Source of the DNA: Mobula hypostoma | Lineage: Eukaryota | Length of the DNA stretch: 64,000 nucleotides | NCBI RefSeq assembly: GCF_963921235.1 | Contig: NC_086108.1 | Coordinates: 87,670,001 to 87,734,000 of the forward strand | Direction: 5' to 3' | Shown here: positions 26,105 through 37,548 of the stretch, piece after piece | Numbering within the stretch: position 1 is the stretch's first letter | Layout: every line of letters begins with the position of its first letter | The notes under the pieces: generated by a model | What the model was told of the DNA's origin: nothing | Database searches by the model: none | Seen by the model: only the letters and a program-made list of their open reading frames with translations | Translations under genes and position numbers: made by a program

Positions 26105-26780
26105 TTAAGATCATAAGATATTGGGGCAGAATTAGGCCATTTGGCCCATCGAGTCTGCTCCACCTTTTCATCGTGGCTGATCCATTTTCCCTCTCAGCCA
26201 CATTCTCCTGCCTTCTCTCCGTATCCTTTCATGCCCTGACTAATTAAGAATCTATCAACCTCTGCTTTAAATATACCCAATGACTTGGCCTCCACAGCTG
26301 CCTGTGGCAACAAATTCCACAGAATCCCCACTCTCTGGCTAAAGAAATTCCTCCTCACCTCCATTCTAAAAGGATGTCCCTCTCTTCTGAGGCTGTGTTC
26401 TCTGATCTTAGACTCTCCCACTATAGAAAACATCCTCTCCATATCCACTCTTTTGAGGCCTTTCACTATTCAATAGGTTTCAATTAGGTCACCCCTCATT
26501 CTTCTGAATTCCAGTGAATACAGGCCCAGAGCCATCAAGCACACTTCATATGACAGGCCATTCAATCCTGGAATCACTTTTGTGAAACTCTTTTGAACCC
26601 TTTCCAACGTCAGCACATGCTTTCTTGGATAAGGAGCCCAAAACTGCTCAAAATACTCCAAGTGAGGCCTCACCAGTGCTTTATAAAGCTTGTTGTTTTC
26701 ATATTCTAGTCTTCTTGAAATGAATGTGACTCCAACATCTTCCCAACTACTGATACTAGACTAATTGGCCTATAATTGTG
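26105..26780 (-). mobile_element. CR1 3' fragment
   Basis: RPHLEY..QFWAPY, LEFRRMRGDLIETY, RNFFSQRV. Confidence 0.9.
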
Positions 26781-26884
26781 TCCTTTATTTGCTAAAGCAG
26801 TTGTGCTTTTGTTTATTTACTGTTAAGAACTGAAACTCAGAAATGACAATTAGCCATGGTTTCACTAAGTTAGTATCGGCTGCT

Positions 26885-27182
26885 TTCAGAAGGCACAGTC
26901 TCAGAACAGAAGGATGTCCATTTAGAACAGAGATGAGGAGGAATTTCTTTAGCCAGAGGGTGGTGAACCTGTGGAATTCATTGCCACAGATAACTGCGGA
27001 GGCCAAGTCATTGGGTACATGTCAAGCGGAGGTTGATAGGTTCTTGATAGTAAGGGCATCAAAGGTTACAGGGAAAAGGCTGAAGATTGGGGTTGAGTGG
27101 GATAATAAATCAACCGTGATGGATTGGCAAAGCAATCAATGGGCTGAGTAGTATAATATCTGCTCTCATGTCTTATGGTCTT
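26885..27182 (+). mobile_element. CR1 3' fragment, inverted relative to 26105-26780
   Basis: EMRRNFFSQRVVNLWNSLP; tail tcttatggtctta. Confidence 0.88.
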
Positions 27183-27330
27183 ACAACCTGCACCAGAGAA
27201 CATACTCAAAATCAGAAGGGGAGATGACTGGATTAGTGGAAACGTCAAGCTGTTGCTCCCATGATACACTCAGATTGGCAGGTACTTACCTGATCCATTC
27301 TGAGCAGAAAGAAAAAATAAATATCCCCAC

Positions 27331-27556
27331 CTGATATAAATGTCCCGATTTGGCCGCTCTATGCAAGAATTCACAAGTTGCTCTTTCAATGAATCCAGTG
27401 AGCAGTTGTACACATAGATCGGGCATCGAAGGCGGTCTGGATCACTGGCGTCAACCCGCGAGGACTGTCTACTAAATGTGATGTGGAAGTCTTTCTTTGG
27501 AGGCAAACTGAACTCCACTCGTTCCTTCATTGTTTCTGAAGATGCAGAGTCAGTAT
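27331..27556 (-). CDS. SZT2: SZT2 exon: (D)TDSASSETMKER...RLRCPIYVYNCSLDSLKEQLV...RDIYI(R)
   Basis: cag|AT..ATC AG|gtgggg; RCP.Y.Y.CSL..L.EQ motif; 226 nt, phase 1 to 2. Confidence 0.9.
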
Positions 27557-28096
27557 CTGAGGAAGGCGTTAGAGGTGTGAAATACATTAAGCAACACAAA
27601 AGAGACTAAAAAATACTGACTAGCTGGCAGAGCATATTAGAATAAGTGCAAGAAAAGAAGTATATTTGTATTTATGTAGCAATGTTGAAAGTACATTTTA
27701 AAGTACTTTGAAGGGAGATATTGTTATAATCTAGAAAATAGGGTAGCTGTTTTTTGTACAAATTCCTAACCATGTGATAAAAACTAGATAATCTGCTTCT
27801 TCCCCCCAAACTAAAATGGAGGAATATGAATTGGCAGGGTGAATGGCAACACTCCTGATTCATTGAGATCTTTTGTGGTCCAGCTGGGTATTATGTCACC
27901 CAAAAGACTGGTGGCACGTCCAAGATGCACCGTTCACTCAGCACTGCTGCATAAAGTGGCTCGAAAATCTCAGAGCTCAAGTCTCAAAAATATTCAATCT
28001 AAACTTAAAATAACAGCTTTCAGACCGAGAGGAGGAGTCATAACCCCACTTCTAAGTAAACAAAGCAGCAATCATTGCACAGAGAGCAACCCTTAC

Positions 28097-28453
28097 CTGT
28101 ATCAGGTTGTACTTTCTCCTTCTCTGAATCAAATAATGACATGTCATTCCCTGTTGCCAGAATCGGAGAAGGGAGTGTTGTAGGCTGAGTGGACTTGTTT
28201 TCTTGTCCTGGGGATAGAGAGTCTATCTTGATAGTGTTATTCTTTGAAATACTCATTGCCATTTGGTCAGCTTCACTATCAAGTCCACCAAAACAACCCA
28301 CTTCAGGCATTTTTATTGCCAAGGAGGCACTAAATCCTTTCAAGTGCTCACTCAAAGAGGACTCCCTCATTTCAACTTGTAGCAGTTCTTCATTTCCTAC
28401 ACCAGCACTCTTTGTACTCTCATCAGTCTCAGGGGTCATCAGTTGCTGCATAT
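28097..28453 (-). CDS. SZT2: SZT2 exon (long, S/T/E-rich): (D)MQQLMTPETDEST...EKVQPDT
   Basis: aag|AT..ACA G|gtaagg; open in ORF 28038..28487; 357 nt, phase 1 to 1; FS|D junction as in SZT2. Confidence 0.83.
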
Positions 28454-29393
28454 CTTCGTAGAAATAGAGAGCACAGAAAGAAAACACATTTTTAAAAAAA
28501 TGTCACAAAAATATTAACTCCCTTATTCCATCACTAGTTAATGATTAATATAATAATTATTATTTTCAACTTCAGTGTTAATAGAGGTATATATGCCAGG
28601 AAAAGTCCAACAATTGTGCTTATGACCAATCTGATCGAATTTCATTTTCAAGTCATTTGATCTTTACAATTTTCATTTTGAGCAAATTAAGCATCAGAAA
28701 TATTTTCTTTATATCCAGCCTTCTTAAATTATTGTTTTGATTCACTTTGTCACCATAGTTTCCAGACGAGTATGTCCACCCTGCTTACTAAAATTTAGGG
28801 AAAAGTCCTGAGAATGTCTGGGCATAATGCCTGACATGAAGAAACCAGCCTGCTATGTTCATCTCTGACAACTGTGCTACAAGATGCCAACAAAGAATGG
28901 TACCAAGCCACTTCAGATAGAGATCGGTGCCTCTAGGTAAAGATCCACACACATAACATTATGTTAGGCTCCAGGCAAATGCAAACAAAAAGCTTCCATC
29001 AACTGCAGTTACTTCAGGTTTTTAAAGACAGGACTTTTAAATAAAAGTTGTACCTCAAACTTTTACACAAGTTATTTTGTGCAGCTCCTAGGGTGGCCTC
29101 TCATGGGACATCTTACCTCATTGCCACAGAGCAGTAAACTCTGCTCCCACAATCTGTGACAATATTTCGCCTTATTAAATTTGCTGTTCATTTAGGAAAC
29201 AGGATATTTATAATGAACACTTTCAACAGATAGCATTCACATTCTTTAAGATAAAAATATAGTAGTTGGAAACAAAACGCAAACAAATAATCACACTAAC
29301 ATGAGAAAATCTGCAGATGCTGGAAATTCAAGCAACACACACAAAATGCTGGTGGAACACAGCAGGCCCAGGCAGCATCTATAGGAAGAAGAA

Positions 29394-29431
29394 CAGTTGA
29401 CGTTTCGGGTCAAGACCCCTCAGCAGGACTA
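29394..29431 (-). ncRNA. Minimal type I hammerhead ribozyme motif (one core substitution)
   Basis: uaguc-CUGCUGA-G-GGGUCUUGACCC-GAAAC-GUC-aacug. Confidence 0.65.
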
Positions 29432-30021
29432 ACGGAAAAAAGAGATAGTAAGAGATTTGAAAGTGGGGCTCAGCAGGACTAATGGAAAAAAGAGATAGTA
29501 AGAAATTTGAAAGTGGGGGGGGGAGGGGGAGGACCAGAAATGATAGGAGAAGACAGGAGGAGGAGGGATGAAGCCAAGACCTGGGAAGTTGATTGGCGAA
29601 AGGGATACAAAGCTGGAGAAAGGGGAGTATCATGGGACTGAAGGACTTGGAAGAAAGAAAGGGGGAGGGAAGCACCAGAGGAAGATGGAGAACAGGCAAG
29701 GAGTTATTGTGGTGGGGGTGGGGGAAGGAGGGGGGAGAAATAAATAGATAGGGATGGGATAAGAAGGGGAGGAGGGGCATTAACAGAAGTTAAAGAAATC
29801 AATGCTAATGCCATCAGGTTGGAGGCTACCCAGACGGAATATAAGGTGTTGTTCCTCCAACCTGAGTGTGGCTTCATCTCAATAATAGAGGAGGCCATGG
29901 ATTGACATATCGGAATGGGAATAGGACGTGGAATTAAAATGTGTGGCCACCGGGAGATCCGGCTTCCTCTGGTGGACAGAGTGTACGTGTTAACAAATCT
30001 CTTACTATTTCTTTTTTCCGT

Positions 30022-30060
30022 TAATCCTGACGAAGGGTCTTGACCCAAAACATCGACTGT
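30022..30060 (+). ncRNA. Minimal type I hammerhead ribozyme motif (CpG-decayed)
   Basis: uaauc-CUGACGA-A-GGGUCUUGACCC-AAAAC-AUC-gacug. Confidence 0.6.
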
Positions 30061-30288
30061 TCTTCTTCCTATAGATGCTGTCTGGCTTGCTGTGTTCCAC
30101 CAGCATTTTGTGTGTATCAACTTACAATGAACCTTCTAAAACACTACAAAGGAACTATAGCTTTGAAAGCCATTATGTATAACTGAACGAATGGAACGCA
30201 TGAAATGAATTCTAACAAGAAACAGCAAGCTAACTTGCCTCTTCAAGCAACATGTGCCAAAAAATAAAGATACATTGATAAAACTTAC

Positions 30289-30424
30289 CAGAAAAGGTGG
30301 CTGGCAAAAAGATGAGCAGGATTTGTTGTGCATTCACAAATCTGGTATAACATCTCCACTGAGGAATGGTCTCATTTTCAACTGAAACTACATTGTCCTC
30401 AGTCATATCAGCATTCCCAACACT
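30289..30424 (-). CDS. SZT2: SZT2 exon: SVGNADMTEDNVVSVENETIPQWRCYTRFVNAQQILLIFLPATFS
   Basis: tag|AGT..TCT G|gtaagt; PQWRCY and FLPATFS motifs; 136 nt, phase 0 to 1. Confidence 0.93.
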
Positions 30425-30709
30425 CTAATCAAGAGAAGCATATTTTTAATGCAAAGCATTAAGTAAGAATTTCAAATATTTCATTCTGGAGTAAGCTTTC
30501 TGAAAATGCATTTTATTACAAGAACTGCCACATATTTTGTTCATTATCAGGAAGTATACCCACTAGCAAGACTCAAAAATTTTTTGGAACTTTTTGGTGG
30601 GCTACATTAATCGCAAGAGGTCATTCACTGGTGAAGCTGTGCGGAGCTTAAAAAGATGTAGGAGCCTTTTAGAACTTTTTGGTGGGTGACAATTACCGCA
30701 ATCTTTTTA

Positions 30710-32490
30710 AGAATACGGCAGGGAGCAATAAAAAGAAACGAGGTGTTTAAGCAGAGCAGCCATTGTAGGAGTGCGCCAGTGTTAGAGTGGTCAGGCTTCT
30801 GCTCAACAAGCTTGGGCCAGGACAGGCATAGGCTTAATCTTAAGATTAAGAAGTTACAGGTATAACAAGTGCAGGCAGAATGATAGTTCAGCTCCTCCTG
30901 TGAGATGTGGGATTTCAGGTCACCTAACTCAGGGGTCCCCAACATTTTTTGCACTGCGGACCGGTTTAATATTGACATATTCTTGCGGACCGGCCGACCC
31001 AGGGGGTGGAAGGGTGCAGGGTTGCCAACAGCGAAGAGTAGCAGTCAAGTACGTTGTTTACCCAAAGACTACAATGATCATGAAGCCTTGCGTGGGCACC
31101 ATTGCGCATGCGTTACCTGCGCATACGTGTACCTGCTGCTTTTTTTCTGAAAATTGTTTTTGGTGATTCTGTTCGGGGGGGGGTGTTAATCACGACCAGA
31201 CTATAGGTGATAATTGGCTAATACACTCAATTTTGTTTCTAAAAGGGTTTATCTAACAAATTTAATATTAAACACGGCGCATATTTTCCTCGCATGAATA
31301 TAGTGATAAGTCAATTATCAGGGGAGGACAGGGAGCTTGAAGTAAGTATTGAACGAACTTCCAGTAGAAGTGGCAGAAGCAGATTCGATATTACCATTTA
31401 AAGAAAAATTGGATAGGTATATGGACAGGAAAGGAATGGAGGGTTGTGGGCTGAGTGCAGGTTGGTGGGACTAGGTGAGAGTAGCGTTCGGCACGGACTA
31501 GAAGGGCAGAGATGGCCTGTTTCCGTGCTGTAATTGTTATATGGTTATATGTCAATAGCATCATAACATTTTAAGTAACGTTTGTATATTAAACACACAG
31601 CACATATTTTCCCCGTATGAACATATAAAATCATTGCAACACACCAATATCGCTGAATCAGTGGGAGCCCTGGGCTTGTTTCCCTGCAACGAGACAGCCC
31701 CATCAAGGGGTGATGGGAGACAGTGATACTTGAAGGGGGTTCCTTATGTCCAGTCTATTCCGCAACTTAGTTTTATTTGCATTCATTGCAGAAAACTCCG
31801 CTTCGCAGAGATACGATGTTGGAAATGGAAGCAACGTTTTCAGTGCTTTCGTGGCTATCTCAGGATATTCAGCCTTGACTTTGATCCAGAATGCCGGCAG
31901 AGATGTTATGTCAAACATACTTCTCAGCCCACCGTAATTTGCAAACTTAAAGAGTTGATCTCCTTCCCGCGCTGACACGGATGACGCGCGGGTAATGACC
32001 TGGCATGCGTAATGGCTCAACAGTGGCCGTGACAGGGGATGAGAAAAGGTGCAGCTGACTCATATCAGCAAATCATATTGCTTCCTCGCAGCCCGGTGGT
32101 TGGGGACCGCTGACCTAACTGACTCCCTGATGACTACATCTGCTCCTGACTGATAAGGTCAAGGAACTGGAGCTGGATGTACTCAGGACCATCAAGGCGG
32201 TTGAAAGCCTCATATGTAAGACTTTTACAGATGTGGTCACCCAGAGTGCAGGCTCCAGATTGCAGGTAGGTGAGCACCATGAGAAATAAGGGGAGTACGT
32301 AGTCAGTGCAGTGTTCCCCTATGGCCATTCCACTCAGCAAACAAATATACCCCTTTGGATACTCCTGGGGGATGACCTATCAGGGCACAGCAGAAGCAGC
32401 TAGGCCAGTGGCAGAGCGATAGTGCTAGGGGCTTCGACAGTTAGGGGGACAGCAGCAGATTCTGCGGCCGCACGACAATCCAGGATGGTT
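30710..32490 (+). mobile_element. CR1 5' UTR/ORF1 fragment, split by the hAT element
   Basis: SSCEMWDFRSPN|..LPDDYIC zinc-finger-like ORF1 start rejoins across the hAT; GDS-like region homologous to 51750-51830. Confidence 0.7.
30930..32112 (-). mobile_element. Non-autonomous hAT (Buster/Charlie-type) transposon, 1183 bp
   Basis: Perfect 8-bp TSD ACCTAACT (30922-29, 32113-20); TIR CAG(G/C)GGTCCCCAAC; hAT dimerization domain remnant FWIKVKAEYPEIATKALKTLLPFPTSYLCEAEFS (31703-31960). Confidence 0.95.
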
Positions 32491-35148
32491 AACAAGGTAA
32501 AAGCACATGGTATCACAGGAAAGATGGATACAAGATTGGCTCCCTGCCGTTGACTACTGGTGTTCTGCAGGGCTCGCTATTGGAACCGCTTCTTTTCCTG
32601 TTATATATCATGATGAAATTGATGGCTTAATGGCCAAGTTTGCAAACAATACAAGGACAGGTAGAAGAACAGGTAGTGTTGAGGAAGCAGGGAGTCTGCA
32701 GAAGGAGTTGGGCAGATTGGTAGAATGTGCAAATAAGTGGCAGATGGAATGTTGTGTAGGAAGTGTATGTTTATGCACTTTGGTAGAAGGAATAAAGGTG
32801 TATACTATTTTCTAAATGGGGAGAAAATTCAAAAACCAGAGGTGCAAAAGGACTTGGGTTAAAAAAGCTTCACTCCCAGAATAAGCTCAATGCCATTTAT
32901 GCTCACTTCACCAACTCCCACTGCCTCCGCTCCCCCTGTGATTTCAGTCTCTGAGGCCAACGTGAGAGCACCCTTTAGAAGGGCAAACCCAGAGAAAGCA
33001 TCCAGCCCAGACAGGGTACATGGCCGAGTACATTTATGCTGATGATCAATTGGCTGGAGTGTTCACTGCTATCTTTAACCTCTCGCTTTGGCAGTCTGAG
33101 ATACCCACTTGCTTCAAACAGGCTTCAATTACACCGGTGCCTAAGAAGAACGTGGTAATCTGCCTCAGTGACTATCATCCAGTAGAACTTGCAGTCGCTG
33201 TGATGGAGTGCTTTGAGAGGTTGCTGATGAAACATATTAATTCCTGCCTGAGAAGTGACTTGGATCCATCCCAATTTGTCTACTGGCACAACAAATGGCA
33301 GATACCATTTCATTGGTCTTCATTCAATCCTGGAACATCTGGACAGCGAGGATACGTACATCAGGATGCTCCTAAATGATTACGACTCAGCATTCAATAC
33401 TATTATTCCCTCAAAACTAATCAATAAGCTTCAAGTCCTAGGCCTCAATACCACCTTGTGCAACACAATCCTTGATTTCCTCACTTGCAGACCCACAATT
33501 TTCCTCAGCACAGCTGCACCACAAGGTTGTGTGCTTAGCCCCTATTCTACTCACTTTATACTTGACTCTGAGATTAAGCACAACTCCAATGCTGTATTTA
33601 AGTTTGCTGATGATACCATTGTTGTTGGTCAATTCAAAGATGGTGACGTATCAGCATATAGGAGGGAGATTGAAAAGCTGGCTCTCCCTCAATGTCAGCA
33701 AGACCAAGGAGATCATTACTGGAGGTCGATGCGCCAGTCCTCATTAGGGGAATTAGAAGTGGAGAGGGTCAGCAACTTTAAATTCCTTGGTGTTATAATT
33801 TCAGAAGATCTGTCCTGGGTCTGGTACTCAAGTGCCATTACAAAGAAAGCAAGGCAGCGCCTCCACTTTATTAGAAGCTTGGGAAGATTCAGCATGTCAT
33901 CTAAAACTTTGACAAGCTTTCATAGCTGCACAGTGGAGAATACACATTGATTGCATCATGGCCTGGTATGGAAATGCTAATGCCCATATATGGAAAAGCT
34001 AAAAAACAAAGTGGATGTGGCCCAATCCATCACAGGTAAAGCCCTTCCCCCCCACTGAGCACACTTACATGGAGAACTGCTACTGGAAAGTAGCATGAAT
34101 CATCACCATCCAGGCCATGCTTTCTTCTTGCTGCTACCATCAGGAAGGTGGTACAGGAGCCTCAGGACCCACACCACCAGGTTCAGAAACAGTTATTACC
34201 CCTCAACCAACATGCTCTTGAACCAGAAGGGATAACTTCACTCAACTTCACTTGCCCCATCATTGAAATGTTCCCTAAACCTATGGACACACTTTCAAGG
34301 ACTTTTATCTCATGTCCTTGATATTTATTGCTTATTTATTAATTATTATCTTCTTTTCTCTTTCTTTTTGTATTTTGCAGGTTTGTTTTTTCCCCCCACA
34401 CTGGCTGTTACCTACCTTGTTCGGTGTGGGTTTTACATTGATTCTATAGTGTTTCTCGTATTTACTATGATCACCTCATTCTTGGGGCACTCCTCTGTTT
34501 TTGTGGATGGTTATGAAGAAAAAGCATTTCAGAATGTATACTGTATACATTTCTCTGACATTAAATTGTACCTTTGAACCTTTGAAAAAGGAATCTTAGG
34601 GTTGTATATGGTGACATATACACCATGTACTTCAGTAATAAATTTACTTTAAACTTTGACTAGAATATAAGAGCAAGGATGCAATGTCGAAACTTTATAC
34701 GGCATTGGTCAGGCAGGACTTAAGAGTATTGTGAGAAATTTTGGGCCTCATATCCAAGAAAAGATTTGCTGGCACTGAGAGGGTCCAGAAGAGGTTTAAC
34801 TGTACAAGAATAGTTCCTGGAACGAAAAGGTGAATGTATGAGGAGCCTATAATGGCTTTGTGCCTGTACCCGCTGGAGTTTACAGAATAGAGAGACGTCC
34901 ATTTAGAACAGAGGTGATGAGGAATTCCTTTAGCCAGAGATAGCAAATGTGTGGAAATGATTGCCACAGGCAGCTGTGGAGTATATTTAAAATAGAGGTT
35001 GATAAGTTCTTGATTAGTCAGGGCATCAAACATTAAGGGGAGAAAGCAGAATGGGTTTGAGAGGGATAATAAATCAGCCATGGTGGAATGGCAGAGCAGT
35101 CTCGATTGGCTGAGTATTCTAGTTTTGCTCCTGAGTCTTCTGGTCTAA
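32490..35148 (+). mobile_element. CR1 RT/3' fragment split by a Rex-Babar insertion
   Basis: CR1 RT DNA at 32490-32860 resumes at about 34660 (tagaatataagagcaaggatg) and runs to tail tcttctggtcta. Confidence 0.72.
32870..34659 (+). mobile_element. Rex-Babar LINE, 5'-truncated (RT and 3' UTR)
   Basis: [46 protein letters not shown]; tail aataaatttactttaaactttga. Confidence 0.92.
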
Positions 35149-36199
35149 GACCAGCAATTATTGTCGATTCTTAATTTCTCGAGAAGGTAATCTCCAATTA
35201 CATCTCTCCAGCAGGACATCTCATATTCTACATACTTCCCTTCACAGTAAATATTTTGTTAACTTTTATATTCATCGAACAGGTATTCATATAATACCTA
35301 TATCATCAGGTATTCCCACTGACTGATCCTTGACATCACTATAATTCTACTTAATAATGCAAGGATGAAACACAATCTCAAACAAGCGCTCCTTTCAAAC
35401 TGTAAAATTACTATTTCAATATAATGTGTCAGTATACTTGAAGTATAGGGAATGAATTGCCCTAAGATGTTGCATCACAAAGGAACAGGCTTGAATTAGT
35501 ACTATTAAAACGATTGCACTACTCCTGCAGGCAGAAATATGTAATCATAAAATAGAATCTAACTTTAGTAATGCTATATAAATAAAATATTTTATTACTA
35601 TTGGCAACAAATTGAAGTTACAAGTTAAATCCAGGGATATGATCACATGGGAGAATCCATTCTTCACTTGTACTGAGCATTATCACGAGTGACTAAATTC
35701 ACTGCACACAACCCTTTATTACATTAAATATTAGCTCAAGAGTCCAAATTAATCACAAATGAATAGGACAAAATGTAAAGCTATTTTCAAACTTAATTCA
35801 GTTATAAAGAAATTTATCAAATACGTAAGATTATCATTGGAAACAACTTGAAACTAAACAATAGTTTGTTAGTAGCTGAAACAGTCATATCACTTATGAC
35901 ATAATCATATATCACATCATATGACATAGTTATACTGATACCTATCACACACAAACCTTAAATTAAGTGCCAAGAGTGTGACACTTATCCAGTTTGCTGC
36001 TGGTGGAAGTAATGTTTAATAACCTACCCTTAGCCCAAGCAAATCACCATCTTCAAACATCAATTTCTTTCATTGTTTTTATCTGCTACATAGTTAGAAG
36101 AAAGTTTGTTAAATTTGAAACACTTTAATGCTACTCTCTTTGGAATTGGCAGGAACTCTAAATTCTCAACACTAACAAAACCTTGAAGTGCTGTAATTT

Positions 36200-36582
36200 C
36201 ACTATGGCTTATGGGTTGTGGGTTTTACTCTGTAGTCCACGTTATGAAATGTTTCTGGTTTCTGGTCAGTCCTTTTTTGTCGCTATTTGGTGTGATTTTG
36301 ATCAGGGTGGACAAGTTCTGCGACCTGAAACTAATGAACAACACAGCGCTAGACTGAACTGAACTGAGTTGAAATGAATATACCTGGACTGGTGCAACGA
36401 TTTGTGATTTGGTGTTTTACATTCTACATTTTCGCTCGGTTTTTGTGTGTTGGGAGTCTGATGTTTTTCTTTGAATGGGTTCCATGGTTTTCTTTCTTTG
36501 TTTTATAGCTGTCTGCGGGAAGATGAATCGCAGAGTTGTATACTACATACATACTTTGATAATAAATGTACTTTGACTCTTT
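36200..36582 (+). mobile_element. Non-coding retroposon with Rex-like tail (related to 43660-44643)
   Basis: Shared (ctgaa)n block, gtctgcgggaagatgaat and aataaatgtactttga tail. Confidence 0.6.
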
Positions 36583-36701
36583 GTTAAGCAGGACTCTTAG
36601 TTCAGCGGGATTCCCAAGGGACATTAAAAAGGTTTTGGATGAGTTCAGCAGTCCAGAGCATGCCTCACCACAATATACCACTACAGACTTCCTAAACTCA
36701 C

Positions 36702-36808
36702 CTGTAACGTGCTGGTTGAACCCATGACCTCTTTGTTATTCCCCAGGGCATGCAATGACATCATTGTGTCTTGTCTCTCCAATTTTTTGAACACTTTCAG
36801 TGGTTCTT
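36702..36808 (-). CDS. SZT2: SZT2 exon: (E)EPLKVFKKLERQDTMMSLHALGNNKEVMGSTSTLQ
   Basis: polypyrimidine..tag|AA..CAG|gtgagt; 107 nt, phase 1 to 0, which is the phase bridge needed between the flanking exons; poorly conserved protein region. Confidence 0.82.
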
Positions 36809-36969
36809 CTAGTGAAGAAACAGGATATAACAAGTAAGCATGCTGCAAGCATCTTATTCTGATTGAACTAGATTTATAAAGATATTGCAATGCCCTGAAA
36901 ACATCGAACTCAAATGGCAAACTTCATTTGTTTTTAGTTGGGATTGATGGAAATTTTAATAGAAACAGA

Positions 36970-37250
36970 AACCTCTTCCTTAAGCTAGCTCCTCATGTGC
37001 TAAAATGTGATGAGCCACAGAGCAAAGAAGTACAACCTCTCTTTGAAACACCTGGGGTGGTGGTAGAGACAGAAAGATTGGGGCATTTAAGAGATACTTA
37101 GATAAGCATATGAATCTGAGGACATGGGCATTCTGTAAAAAGAGAGGATTAGTCCAGTTGCCCATTTGTTTTCTCATTCAATTGTCTTAGCACAACATTG
37201 TAGGTCGAAGGGACTGTTCCTGTGCTGTAACTGTTCTATGTTCTACATAG
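36970..37250 (+). mobile_element. CR1 3' fragment
   Basis: catttaagagatacttagataagc...ggtcgaagggactgttcctgtgctgt..ttctatgttcta tail. Confidence 0.7.
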
Positions 37251-37347
37251 ATCCTGAACTAATATGGAAAAAAAAACATTAAAATTTTGTGGCTTATTAA
37301 GACCAAAAGTTGATACAAGCAAGTGAAAAATATCTACATTATTTTAC

Positions 37348-37548
37348 CTTTTACAGGTGGTAGAGTGAAGGGAATGGAATGCCCATTTCGATCCCGTTGC
37401 AAAATTTGCTGCATAAAAGTTGCATGATCAGAGTCAGCCAAAGGCAATTCCCGATCACTGAGAGTCTCTTGTAAACAATTATGGAAAAGACTCAAGAGAA
37501 TCTCATTGGGCAAAGAAGTGGTTTCCTTTGCACTTCCATCATCCTCCC
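37348..37548 (-). CDS. SZT2: SZT2 exon: (G)EDDGSAKETTSLPNEILLSLFHNCLQETLSDRELPL...PPVK
   Basis: cag|GG..AAA G|gtaaaa; inside ORF 37334..37819; LSDRE.PL motif; 201 nt, phase 1 to 1. Confidence 0.92.

Larger units (their letters stand above)
29295..30117 (-). mobile_element. Penelope-like retroelement: 5'-truncated GIY-YIG C-terminus plus terminal repeat, with an inverted terminal-repeat copy at 29990-30117
   Basis: Minus strand about 29970-29790 translates DLPVATHFNSTSYSHSDMSIHGLLYY*DEATLRLEEQHLIFRLGSLQPDGISIDF; 29335-29460 and 29995-30117 are inverted repeats. Confidence 0.85.

Noticed and set aside
27770..28010. Possible extra exon between the exons at 28097 and 27556
   Set aside because: All minus frames contain stops and flanking exons already join in phase
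27839..28461. Plus-strand ORFs overlapping the long SZT2 exon
   Set aside because: Antisense shadows of the coding exon; no homology or splice support
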